A DNA stretch of 64,000 bases from Solirubrobacteraceae bacterium (GTDB taxonomy: Bacteria; Actinomycetota; Thermoleophilia; Solirubrobacterales; Solirubrobacteraceae), in contig JAXDHV010000014.1 of NCBI GenBank assembly GCA_034664295.1, positions 1-64,000 of the forward strand, given 5' to 3'. This document shows positions 27,343-35,615 of this stretch, piece by piece. The notes beneath the pieces were generated by a model, which was given only the letters and a program-made list of their open reading frames with translations, did no database searches and was not told where the DNA came from. A program made the translations under genes and the position numbers. The first letter of the stretch is position 1, and each line of letters begins with the position of its first letter.

Positions 27343-27348
27343 GCGGGG

Positions 27349-28236
27349 TCAGTGGGCCGGGGAGGCCGAGTGCTCGCCGGAGCGGTGGTAGTGCAGGCGC
27401 CCGGCGTCCCTCGCGTAGAGGCAGACCAGGTCGACCAGCGCGAAGAGCGCCTCCTCCGGCCGGCCGGCCCGCGCCGCGGCCAGCAGGTAGTGGGGAACAC
27501 GCCGGACCAGATCGCGCGGAGTCGGACCCGGCGCACTGCCGGCATACCGCTCCTCGAGCCACGCGAGACCCGCCCCGTGGCGGGCGAGCTGGCGGAAGAG
27601 GTCGTAGAAGTGGGCTCGGTTCTCGTGGTCGACGTACGCCTGCGGGCGTGACTCCAGCCGCCAGCCGGCCTCCTGGAGGCGCCAGCAGAGGTCGGCGTCG
27701 CCAGCCGACAGCGCGTAGGTCAGGAATCCGCCGATCCCTTCGAAGGCGACCCGCCGGACCAGGCAGTTGGCCGTCTGGGCATACGGCCGATAAGGATAGG
27801 ACAGCGTGATCTCCTGGTCCATCTTCCGCCGGGCCGAGACGTACCGGGCACACCGCGTCTCGGCGGTTCGCCAGTCGTGGACCCCACCCGCCAGGATCCC
27901 GACGTCCGCCTCAGGCAGCGGCTCGAAGTACCGGTCGAGCAGATCCGCCGGTGGCGCGGTGTCGGCGTCGATGAAGAGGATCCACTCCGCCCGGGTCGCG
28001 GCGACCCCGGCCCCCCGGGCGTGCCAGGACGAGCCGACCTCACCAGCGTGGAGGACCCCGACGCCCGGCGCAAGGACGCCGGCCGGCGGCACGTGGACCG
28101 GTCGGTTGTCGACGAGCAGCAGCTCGTCGTCGGGGCCGACCCGCAGCCGACCGAGCCGCCTGAGCATCTCCTCGAGCTCGTCCTGCGGACCCGCGAACGG
28201 CACGATCACGCTGACGCCCGGCCGCAGAGTGGTCAC
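27349..28236 (-). CDS. GT2-family glycosyltransferase
   Basis: VSVIVPFAG and ILFIDADT motifs. GTG start assumed; the upstream ORF extension is Arg-rich junk. Confidence 0.7.
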   Translation of the reverse strand: MTTLRPGVSVIVPFAGPQDELEEMLRRLGRLRVGPDDELLLVDNRPVHVPPAGVLAPGVGVLHAGEVGSSWHARGAGVAATRAEWILFIDADTAPPADLLDRYFEPLPEADVGILAGGVHDWRTAETRCARYVSARRKMDQEITLSYPYRPYAQTANCLVRRVAFEGIGGFLTYALSAGDADLCWRLQEAGWRLESRPQAYVDHENRAHFYDLFRQLARHGAGLAWLEERYAGSAPGPTPRDLVRRVPHYLLAAARAGRPEEALFALVDLVCLYARDAGRLHYHRSGEHSASPAH

Positions 28237-28352
28237 GGCCGGATTATCGCACCGGTCGTCGACCGCGAAACTCCCCCCCCGGCGTCCCCGGCGTGCGCGG
28301 CGTCCCCGCCGGCTACCGACGTCTCGAGGGTGCCCGGCCATAAGCTGGCGGC

Positions 28353-29063
28353 GTGGAGTTGATCGACAGGGCGCTCGCGGCCAGCTGGTACCACGTGATC
28401 GAGCTCCAGCCGGGAACGGTGACCCCCGGCTGGTTCGACATGCGGCCGTTCGTCCCCCAATACGGGCTGCCGGACCGGCTCGACGGGCTCCGGGTCCTCG
28501 ACGTCGGGACGTGGGACGGATTCTGGGCCTTCGAGCTCGAGCGGCGGGGGGCGGCCGAGGTCGTCGCGCTCGACCTCGACCACGAGGCGGACCTCGACTT
28601 CCCGCCCCGCCGCCGGCCCAGGGAGTTCCCGACCCGCCTGCGGGGCGAGAGCTTCAAGATGGCCCACGAGCTGAGGGGATCGAAGGTCAGGCGGATCGAC
28701 TGCAGCATCTACGACGCCCGGCCGGAGGACCTCGGGACCTTCGACCTCGTCTTCTGCGGGTCGGTGATCATGCACCTCCGCGACCAGTTGCTCGCCCTCG
28801 AACGGATCGCCGCGCTCTGCACGGGGACCTTCGTGTCAGCCGAGGAGTACGACCGTCTCGCCGAGCTGATCCCCTTCCCCGTCTCCCGATACCGGGCCGA
28901 CCGCGACGCAGCCGTCGTCTTCTGGCTGCCGAGCGCCCGCACCTGGCGGCGGATGCTCTGGACGGCGGGGTTCGACCGGGTCGAGGAGAAGGCCCGCTTC
29001 ACGCTCGAGTCGACCAACGGGATCCACGTCCGGCACGTCGTCCACCATGCGCACAAGCGATAG
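28353..29063 (+). CDS. class I SAM-dependent methyltransferase, CmoB/DUF1698-like (paralog 3 of 3)
   Basis: WYHVIELQPGTVTPG, LDVGTWDGFWAFELERRGA and MHLRDQLLAL. Confidence 0.75.
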   Translation: MELIDRALAASWYHVIELQPGTVTPGWFDMRPFVPQYGLPDRLDGLRVLDVGTWDGFWAFELERRGAAEVVALDLDHEADLDFPPRRRPREFPTRLRGESFKMAHELRGSKVRRIDCSIYDARPEDLGTFDLVFCGSVIMHLRDQLLALERIAALCTGTFVSAEEYDRLAELIPFPVSRYRADRDAAVVFWLPSARTWRRMLWTAGFDRVEEKARFTLESTNGIHVRHVVHHAHKR

Positions 29064-29082
29064 CCGCCTGAGGTCTGAGCGC

Positions 29083-30384
29083 TCAGACGATCTTCGGCCG
29101 GTAGCGGACGAGCCGCGGGAGGCGCAGCAGCGCGCGCGGTGACCCGCGGACCTTGAAGCGGCGGCCGAGGATCGGACCGATCGGGGTGAGTCCGCGGGCG
29201 GCAAGATCGATCCAGTCCTTCCAGGAGCTCTCGATCGTCACGTCGGCAGTCGGCGCCTCGCCGGCGACGGGGCGGGCGGTGCTCGAGTCGATCAGGACGT
29301 GCCATGGGAGGGCATCGGTGAACCGCCACTGGATGCACAGCGGCCGGGCACCGGTACGGGTCGGGTCGACCGACGCGGCGACCGTGTCGAAGAAGAGGGC
29401 CTGAACCTCCGGCGTGATGTCCAGCGGCCGGTTCGGCTCACCGAGCACGCCGGCCGCGGTCAGGAGGATCACCCGCCGGGCGATCTCCTCGTCGCCGAGT
29501 GAGAAGTCGACCGGGAAGACCCCGCGGGGCATCTCCTCGACGGGGAAGCCGGCCGCCCGCCACTTGCTGCGGATCGAGCCGATCCCGAAGGCGTAGATGT
29601 CCTCGAGCTCGAACCCGTAGCACCGGGTGTACGAGCGGTCCCAGTTCGGGGGGACGAACACCCCGGCGACGTAGCGGAGGACCTCGGCCATCAACTCGGC
29701 GACCGCCGACTTGCACTCTTCCGACTGGGCGAAGCAGTCGGCCAGGGTCTTCACGCCGAAGCCGATGTGCCGCTGCTCGTCGAGTGAGACCATCGTCATC
29801 CCCTCGCTGAATCCCGGCATCCCCCCCGACTTGGCGAAATGTGCCTCGATGAAGTGCTGGCCGGGCTGGGCGAGGGTCGCCTCCACCACCATGTGGTAGA
29901 GGGCGATCGCCTGGGCGAACTTCGGCAGCGACCGGTCCCTCCGGAGCTCGTCGGCCATCCGATCGAGCCGCTCGAAGACCCGCCGGTATCCCCAGCTCTG
30001 ATCGACTCGGCTGGCGGCGACCGTCTCGGCGATGCCGCCGGTCGAGCCGATCACGTCGGTGAAGAAGCGATGGAAGAAGACCGCGTGGCGCGCCTCGTCG
30101 ACCTGCTGGGTCGTCAGGAAGTACTTCTGATCGAGCGTCGGCGCCGCGTCGATGTACGGCGCCAGACTGACGGCGACCGAGTCCTCGCCGGCCAGGAACA
30201 TCGAGTACAGCCAGACCGCCGACTTCCGCTGGATCTCGCTCAGGCCGGCCCACCCGGCGACGTCTTGCGTGAAGTCGATCGTCGTCGCCCGCCACTGGCC
30301 GTGCTGCTCCCAACGGCGGTAGAGATCGACGTATGAGATCGCGTCGACAGGGCTCGACTGGCCCGGATGAAGCTCTACGGCCAT
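29083..30384 (-). CDS. R2-like (ferritin-like di-metal carboxylate) oxidase fused to a C-terminal SCP2 sterol-carrier domain
   Basis: R2/R2lox metal ligands in order: E (MFLAGEDSV), ExxH (DEARHAVFF), E (MVVEATLAQ), ExxH (DEQRHIGFG). The C-terminal about 120 aa (…KDWIDLAARGLTPIGPILGRRFKVRGSPRALLRL) is SCP2-like. Confidence 0.7.
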   Translation of the reverse strand: MAVELHPGQSSPVDAISYVDLYRRWEQHGQWRATTIDFTQDVAGWAGLSEIQRKSAVWLYSMFLAGEDSVAVSLAPYIDAAPTLDQKYFLTTQQVDEARHAVFFHRFFTDVIGSTGGIAETVAASRVDQSWGYRRVFERLDRMADELRRDRSLPKFAQAIALYHMVVEATLAQPGQHFIEAHFAKSGGMPGFSEGMTMVSLDEQRHIGFGVKTLADCFAQSEECKSAVAELMAEVLRYVAGVFVPPNWDRSYTRCYGFELEDIYAFGIGSIRSKWRAAGFPVEEMPRGVFPVDFSLGDEEIARRVILLTAAGVLGEPNRPLDITPEVQALFFDTVAASVDPTRTGARPLCIQWRFTDALPWHVLIDSSTARPVAGEAPTADVTIESSWKDWIDLAARGLTPIGPILGRRFKVRGSPRALLRLPRLVRYRPKIV

Positions 30385-30517
30385 CGTGACCTCCTCTTGG
30401 ATCCTGTCGGCCGTCCCGGCCCTGACCTTGTCCTGCCAACCTCTGTCGCCGCAGTTTCCCCAGGCATAAAGCGCGCCATGCCAGCCACGACGATAGCGGG
30501 GTCCTCTCGCCCGGCCG

Positions 30518-31129
30518 TCACGCCCGGTGGACGGCCCCGAGGAGGGCGGCGTATGAGCGAATCAGCGCGGCCCGCTCCGCGGCGATCAGCGGGCTGTGCG
30601 GGTCGCATCCGGCGGCGACCCAGGCATCTGACTCGCGCATCGCGACGGCTCGTTGGACCGCGGCGGCGCGGACGGTCTCCGGCGCGACGCCGTAGACGTG
30701 GCTGTAGAGCGCCGCCAGCGCATCGGCCAGGAGATCCACGGTGTTCGGTGCGCTGTCCGTCGAACCGCCCCGCGGGGTGTCCGGCGATCCGCGGTGCTGG
30801 TCGGCTCGGTGGATCGCCCACCATTCGACCTCGAGCCGGGCGGCCTGCTCGACGTCGAACTCCTCACCGTGGCGAACGGCGACCAGGCGGTAGAAGCTCC
30901 GCATGCACCGCCGGGCCAATTCGGGGTCGTTCTCGGGGTACGGCGCCCAAGCCTGGTTGGCCCGCAGGACGAGCCATGCCCCGCGGATTGCGTGCGGCCA
31001 CCGGAGAGCGAAGCCGTGGCGAGTCAGGCCGACCGCGGCCCAGAGGAACGCCGGCCAGTCGCGGAGGTAGTAGGCGACCCACGCGCGGGCTTCGAGCTCG
31101 CCGACGCGGCGCGGGTCGAACGAGCGCAT
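30518..31129 (-). CDS. conserved hypothetical protein
   Basis: Protein-like sequence (ARAWVAYYLRDWPAFLWAAVGLTRHGF...). Internal ATG chosen as start. Confidence 0.45.
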   Translation of the reverse strand: MRSFDPRRVGELEARAWVAYYLRDWPAFLWAAVGLTRHGFALRWPHAIRGAWLVLRANQAWAPYPENDPELARRCMRSFYRLVAVRHGEEFDVEQAARLEVEWWAIHRADQHRGSPDTPRGGSTDSAPNTVDLLADALAALYSHVYGVAPETVRAAAVQRAVAMRESDAWVAAGCDPHSPLIAAERAALIRSYAALLGAVHRA

Positions 31130-31179
31130 CGGGCTCGGTCGGCCGGGGGTCGGTGCGGTGCGCCTTCCACCGTGGCGGC

Positions 31180-32472
31180 TCACCTCTCTGCCCGGTCGGG
31201 CCGGCCGGTTCGTCGGTGCCCTTCGGCCGAGCCGCTCACGTCTGAGATCCTCCCGACCGAGCCGCTCGTGTCTGAGCTCTCCCAGGTTCGGACGGCCTCC
31301 GCGAGGACGGCTTCGACACGGGTGTTGAAGGCGGCGTCGGTGTGCGCCCGGGCGGTCCGCAGTCCCCCGTGGCGAAGCTTCGCCCTCAGCGCGCGGTCAT
31401 CCGCCAGCTGCGTCAGCCGGTCGGCCAGTGCGGCCGGATCCCCCGGGGTGTAGAGCAGGCAGTTCTCGCCGTCCCGGAGATACTCGGCCGATCCGCCGGT
31501 CCCGGTCGCGACGACCGGGCGCTCGCAGGCCATCGCCTCCAACGGGACGAGTCCCCAGGGCTCGGCCCACTCGACCGGGAAGACGAGGACGTCGGCACCG
31601 GCGTAGACGGGGGGCAGGTCGTCGCGCGGGCGCGGCCCGTCGAATGTGACCCGATCGGCCAGCCCGAGGTCGGCGACGAGCTCCCGGAGGGCGAAGAGGC
31701 ATGTCTCGTCTCCCCCACCGACGACCCGCAGGCTGGCCTCGGCCGGTAGGAGGGCGAGCGCACGGATCGCGGTGGCGATGCCCTTGCGAGGATCGATCCG
31801 CCCGACGTAGAGCAGCCGCCAGGCCCACTCGCCGGGAGGCGACGATCCGTCGAGGAAGGTCGGGTCGATTCCCCCGTGAGCGACCTCCGACCGGCCGATC
31901 GCGGGCCACCGCTCGAGTGAGGCACGGCGGGTGTCCTCGGATGCGAAGACGAAGCGGGCGCTCGCCTGGGGGTCGAATCTGGCGGGCAGGCCGGTGACCC
32001 GCTCGAGCAGGTCGGCCGAGACGCCGGGCCGGGTCGCGAAGCGGATCCAGGCATCGACGAGGGGTCCGTAGATCAGCCAGGCGTCGTTGACGAAGGCCAC
32101 GGCCGGAAGCCCCTGGCGGCGAGCCCGCTCCAGCAGGGAGAGCGACATCCCCCCCATCGCCCACCAGGCGACCACGTCCGGCCGGAAGTCCTCGAGGTGT
32201 CGATCGAACGTCGCCGCGTTGTGGCGCTCGAGCCCGAGCCGGGCGCGGGGGCCGAGCCGGGGGAAGACATGGTCGCGCCAGTACCACCGAAGATCCCGAT
32301 GGACGTCGGGTGGGTCTGGAAGGTCGGCTGCGGAGACTTCCCGGTGGTCGCTCGCGAGGACGCGGACGTCATGGCCCCGAGCGCGGAGGTCCTCGACCGC
32401 AGACTGCCACACCAGCTCGTACCCGCCGAGGTGGTGCGGCGGGTACATGCTCCCGACGCAGAGGATCCGCAC
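31180..32472 (-). CDS. GT4-family glycosyltransferase
   Basis: EPWGLVPLEAMACERPVVATGTGGSAEY motif. GTG start. The 3' end contains an imperfect 26-bp direct repeat (SDTSGSVGRISDVSGS). Confidence 0.8.
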   Translation of the reverse strand: MRILCVGSMYPPHHLGGYELVWQSAVEDLRARGHDVRVLASDHREVSAADLPDPPDVHRDLRWYWRDHVFPRLGPRARLGLERHNAATFDRHLEDFRPDVVAWWAMGGMSLSLLERARRQGLPAVAFVNDAWLIYGPLVDAWIRFATRPGVSADLLERVTGLPARFDPQASARFVFASEDTRRASLERWPAIGRSEVAHGGIDPTFLDGSSPPGEWAWRLLYVGRIDPRKGIATAIRALALLPAEASLRVVGGGDETCLFALRELVADLGLADRVTFDGPRPRDDLPPVYAGADVLVFPVEWAEPWGLVPLEAMACERPVVATGTGGSAEYLRDGENCLLYTPGDPAALADRLTQLADDRALRAKLRHGGLRTARAHTDAAFNTRVEAVLAEAVRTWESSDTSGSVGRISDVSGSAEGHRRTGRPDRAER

Positions 32473-32490
32473 CCGCCGGAGGCTACCGGC

Positions 32491-32916
32491 CTAGACGTCG
32501 ACCCCCTGGCCGTGTCGGTAGGCACCGACGACGACGACGATCGCCAGCAGAAATCCGAGATAGGCGCCGACCCCGAGGAAGCTCGTCTCGGCGAAGTACT
32601 TCATCAGGAGGAAGAAGACGACCAGCGCGGCGACGGCGCAGCGGGTCATCGCCCGACCGAGCTGGGTCGTCGGGACCCTCGTCTGCGGACGGAACTCGTC
32701 GAGGGCGAGGTCGACGACGACGGCGATCGTCAGGAGGAGAGCGAGGACACCCCAGAGGGCCCCGGGGGCGGCGGTCGCCCGGACCGAGAAGGAGATCTGC
32801 GCACCGAGCAGGGCGACCGAGCTGTGGAGCCACGGGAGGAAGAGGAGGTCGACGATCAGGAGGATCCCGCCGGCGCCGACGAGCAGGTTGTCGCGACCGA
32901 GCTTCGACAGATCCAT
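32491..32916 (-). CDS. small integral membrane protein (3-4 TM), hypothetical
   Basis: 141 aa with hydrophobic segments throughout. Confidence 0.5.
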   Translation of the reverse strand: MDLSKLGRDNLLVGAGGILLIVDLLFLPWLHSSVALLGAQISFSVRATAAPGALWGVLALLLTIAVVVDLALDEFRPQTRVPTTQLGRAMTRCAVAALVVFFLLMKYFAETSFLGVGAYLGFLLAIVVVVGAYRHGQGVDV

Positions 32917-33021
32917 GTCACTCCCCCGTCTCGGTGCGCCGGCGCCTCGTCGGCCGGCGTCTCGGGGAACCTACCGGCGGGTCCGGTCGGTGGCCAACCG
33001 AGAGCCCTTAGGATGCCCTGA

Positions 33022-34392
33022 ATGGCTCCAGACCCGACGATCTTCAAGGCGTACGACATCCGCGGCCTCTACGACACGCAGATCGACGGGAACGTCGCTC
33101 AGCAGATCGGGAGGGCGTTCGCGATGGTGTTGAGCGAGCTGTCGGGCAAGGAGACCGAGGACCTCAGGGTCGGAATCGGACACGACATGCGCCTGAGCGC
33201 GCCAGGCCTTGCGTGGCGCTACCGGGTGGGACTGATGAAGGAGTGCGTGACGGTCATCGACATCGGCGAGGTCGGCTCGGAGATGCTCTACTACCTCGTG
33301 GGGTCGCGCGAGCTCGACGGTGGCCTGATGTGCACGGCATCCCACAACCCGGCGGAGTACACCGGAGCGAAGCTGGTCCGGGAGGGCGCGCTCGCCCTGT
33401 CGGGCGACACCGGCATCCAGGACATCCGGAAGATCATCGAGTCGGGGACGCTGGGGGCGGCGCGGAACAAGGGCGCCCACGAGGAGCTCGACATCTACGA
33501 GGAGTTCCAGGCGGCGGCGCTCGGCTTCGTCGACGCGGACGCGATCAAGGGTCTTAAGGTCGTCGTCGACGGCGGCAACGGGATGGCCGGACCGATGGTC
33601 GGACCGATCCTGCGGGGCCTGGACATCGAGCTGATCGAGACGTACTTCACCCCGGATGGGAACTTCCCCGGCCACGAGCCGAACCCGCTGCTGCCGGAGA
33701 ACCGGCAGTTCGTGATCGACCAGGTGCGCGAGCACAAGGCCGACCTGGGGATCGCGTGGGACGGGGACGCCGACCGGTGCTTCTTCATCGACGAGACTGG
33801 CCGCTTCGTGGACGGCGACTTCCTGACGGCGCTGCTGGCCGAGTCGCTGCTGGTCAAGAATCCGGGCGAGGCGATCCTCTACGACGTCCGGGCGAGCCGG
33901 GCCGTCGCCGACACCGTGCGGGTGGCCGGAGGGACGCCGCACATGAACCGGGTCGGCCACGCGTTCTTCAAGTCGCGGATGCGCGACGAGGCCTCCCTGT
34001 TCGGCGGCGAGGTCTCGGGTCACTACTACTTCCGCGACTTCTACTGCGCGGACTCGGGGACGCTTCCGGCCCTCCTGATCCTCGAGCTGGTCGCCAAGGC
34101 GGGACAGACGCTCTCTGAGCTGCTCGAGCCGTACCGGTCGACGTACTTCATCTCCGGTGAGATCAACAGCGAGGTCTCCGACGCCGAAGGACGGATCGAG
34201 GCGATCGCCGCGAAATACGTCGACGCCCGGGTGACCCGGCTGGACGGGATCTCGATCGACTATGACGACTGGCACTTCAACGTGCGCTCGTCGAACACCG
34301 AGCCGCTGCTGCGGCTCTGCCTGGAATCCCTCGTCTCCGAAGCGGACATGGAGCGCCGTCGGGACGAGGTCCTCGAGCTGATCAGGTCGTGA
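33022..34392 (+). CDS. manB: phosphomannomutase/phosphoglucomutase
   Basis: Active-site CTASHNPAEYTGAKL and typical alpha-D-phosphohexomutase domains. Confidence 0.9.
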   Translation: MAPDPTIFKAYDIRGLYDTQIDGNVAQQIGRAFAMVLSELSGKETEDLRVGIGHDMRLSAPGLAWRYRVGLMKECVTVIDIGEVGSEMLYYLVGSRELDGGLMCTASHNPAEYTGAKLVREGALALSGDTGIQDIRKIIESGTLGAARNKGAHEELDIYEEFQAAALGFVDADAIKGLKVVVDGGNGMAGPMVGPILRGLDIELIETYFTPDGNFPGHEPNPLLPENRQFVIDQVREHKADLGIAWDGDADRCFFIDETGRFVDGDFLTALLAESLLVKNPGEAILYDVRASRAVADTVRVAGGTPHMNRVGHAFFKSRMRDEASLFGGEVSGHYYFRDFYCADSGTLPALLILELVAKAGQTLSELLEPYRSTYFISGEINSEVSDAEGRIEAIAAKYVDARVTRLDGISIDYDDWHFNVRSSNTEPLLRLCLESLVSEADMERRRDEVLELIRS

Positions 34393-35411
34393 CGGGGACG
34401 GCGGAGCCGCAGGCAACCGCCGCGGCCGCCGGCATCCACTGCCTTGCGGTTCCGACTCCGTTCGCGGTGGGGGCGGTCAACCTCTACGTGATCGAGGACG
34501 ACCCGCTGACGCTGGTCGACGCGGGCCCGAACTCCGGGGTGGCGCTCGACGACCTCGAACGCGGGCTCGAGGGGCTGGGCCACAGGATCGAGGACATCGG
34601 GCTGCTCGTTCTGACCCACCAGCACATGGACCACATCGGCTTGGCGGCGATCATCGCCCGCCGCTCGGGCGGCGAGGTCGCGGCGCTCGACCGGCTCGCG
34701 CCGTACCTCGAGCGCTTCGGCGAGGACATGGAGCTCGACGACCGCTTCGCCGCCCGCCAGCTCCTGCGACACGGCATCCCGCAGGACGTCGTCCACGCAC
34801 TGCGGGCAGTCTCGGCCAGCTACCGGGCGTGGGGGTCGAGTGTCACCGTCAGCCGGCCGCTGGCTGCCGGGAGCGTTCTCCGCCTGCGGGACAGGTCGCT
34901 CGAGGTCCTCCACCGGCCGGGCCACAGCCCGAGCGACACCGTCTTCTGGGACGCCGAGCGGCGGATCCTGATCGGCGGCGACCACCTGATCGGCCACATC
35001 TCGTCGAACCCGCTGCTGACCCGACCGCTGGGTGACACCGGCGAGGAGGACGCGGCATCGCCGAGGCCACAGGCGCTGGTGTCCTACATCGAGTCGCTGA
35101 AGGCGACCCGGGAGATGGAGATCGAGGTCATCCTGGCCGGCCACGGCCAGCCGGTCGTGGGTCACGTCGCGCTGATCGACGAGCGGCTGCGGCTGCACGA
35201 GCGCCGCGCCCAGAAGATCTACGACCTGGTCGGCGAGCGTCCGAAGACCGCCTACGAGATCTCGCAGGCGCTGTGGGGGACGGTCGCCGTAACGCAGGCC
35301 TACCTGACTCTCTCGGAGGTCCTCGGCCACGCGGATCTCCTGCTCAACCGAGGTTTGCTGGTCGAGACGGTGAAGGACGGCCTGGCGACGTTCGAGGTCG
35401 CGGTCGCCTAG
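34389..35411 (+). CDS. MBL-fold metallo-hydrolase
   Basis: THQHMDHIG metal-binding motif. GTG start overlaps the manB stop (GTGA). Confidence 0.75.
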   Translation: MTGTAEPQATAAAAGIHCLAVPTPFAVGAVNLYVIEDDPLTLVDAGPNSGVALDDLERGLEGLGHRIEDIGLLVLTHQHMDHIGLAAIIARRSGGEVAALDRLAPYLERFGEDMELDDRFAARQLLRHGIPQDVVHALRAVSASYRAWGSSVTVSRPLAAGSVLRLRDRSLEVLHRPGHSPSDTVFWDAERRILIGGDHLIGHISSNPLLTRPLGDTGEEDAASPRPQALVSYIESLKATREMEIEVILAGHGQPVVGHVALIDERLRLHERRAQKIYDLVGERPKTAYEISQALWGTVAVTQAYLTLSEVLGHADLLLNRGLLVETVKDGLATFEVAVA

Positions 35412-35438
35412 CCCGGCTTCGACCGCAGGAATCCGACG

Positions 35439-35460
35439 GTCTGTGACCAACTTCACAGAC
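35439..35460. promoter_or_regulatory. perfect inverted repeat GTCTGTGA-n6-TCACAGAC upstream of nos
   Basis: Lies 28 nt after the MBL stop and about 155 nt before the nos ATG. There is no U-tract, so an operator is more likely than a terminator. Confidence 0.3.
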
Positions 35461-35615
35461 AGGGTCGCCGCGGTGCCTTAGGTTCGCCTCATGAGGACAC
35501 CGACAGCGAGCGTCGTGAGCACCCACCGGGGGTCCGATGGCGGGGCGGCTTCGCAGCCGCGGGCCTCGGCTTCCGGGCGCGTGGACTCTCGCTCGGACAA
35601 GGGGCTTTGAGAATC

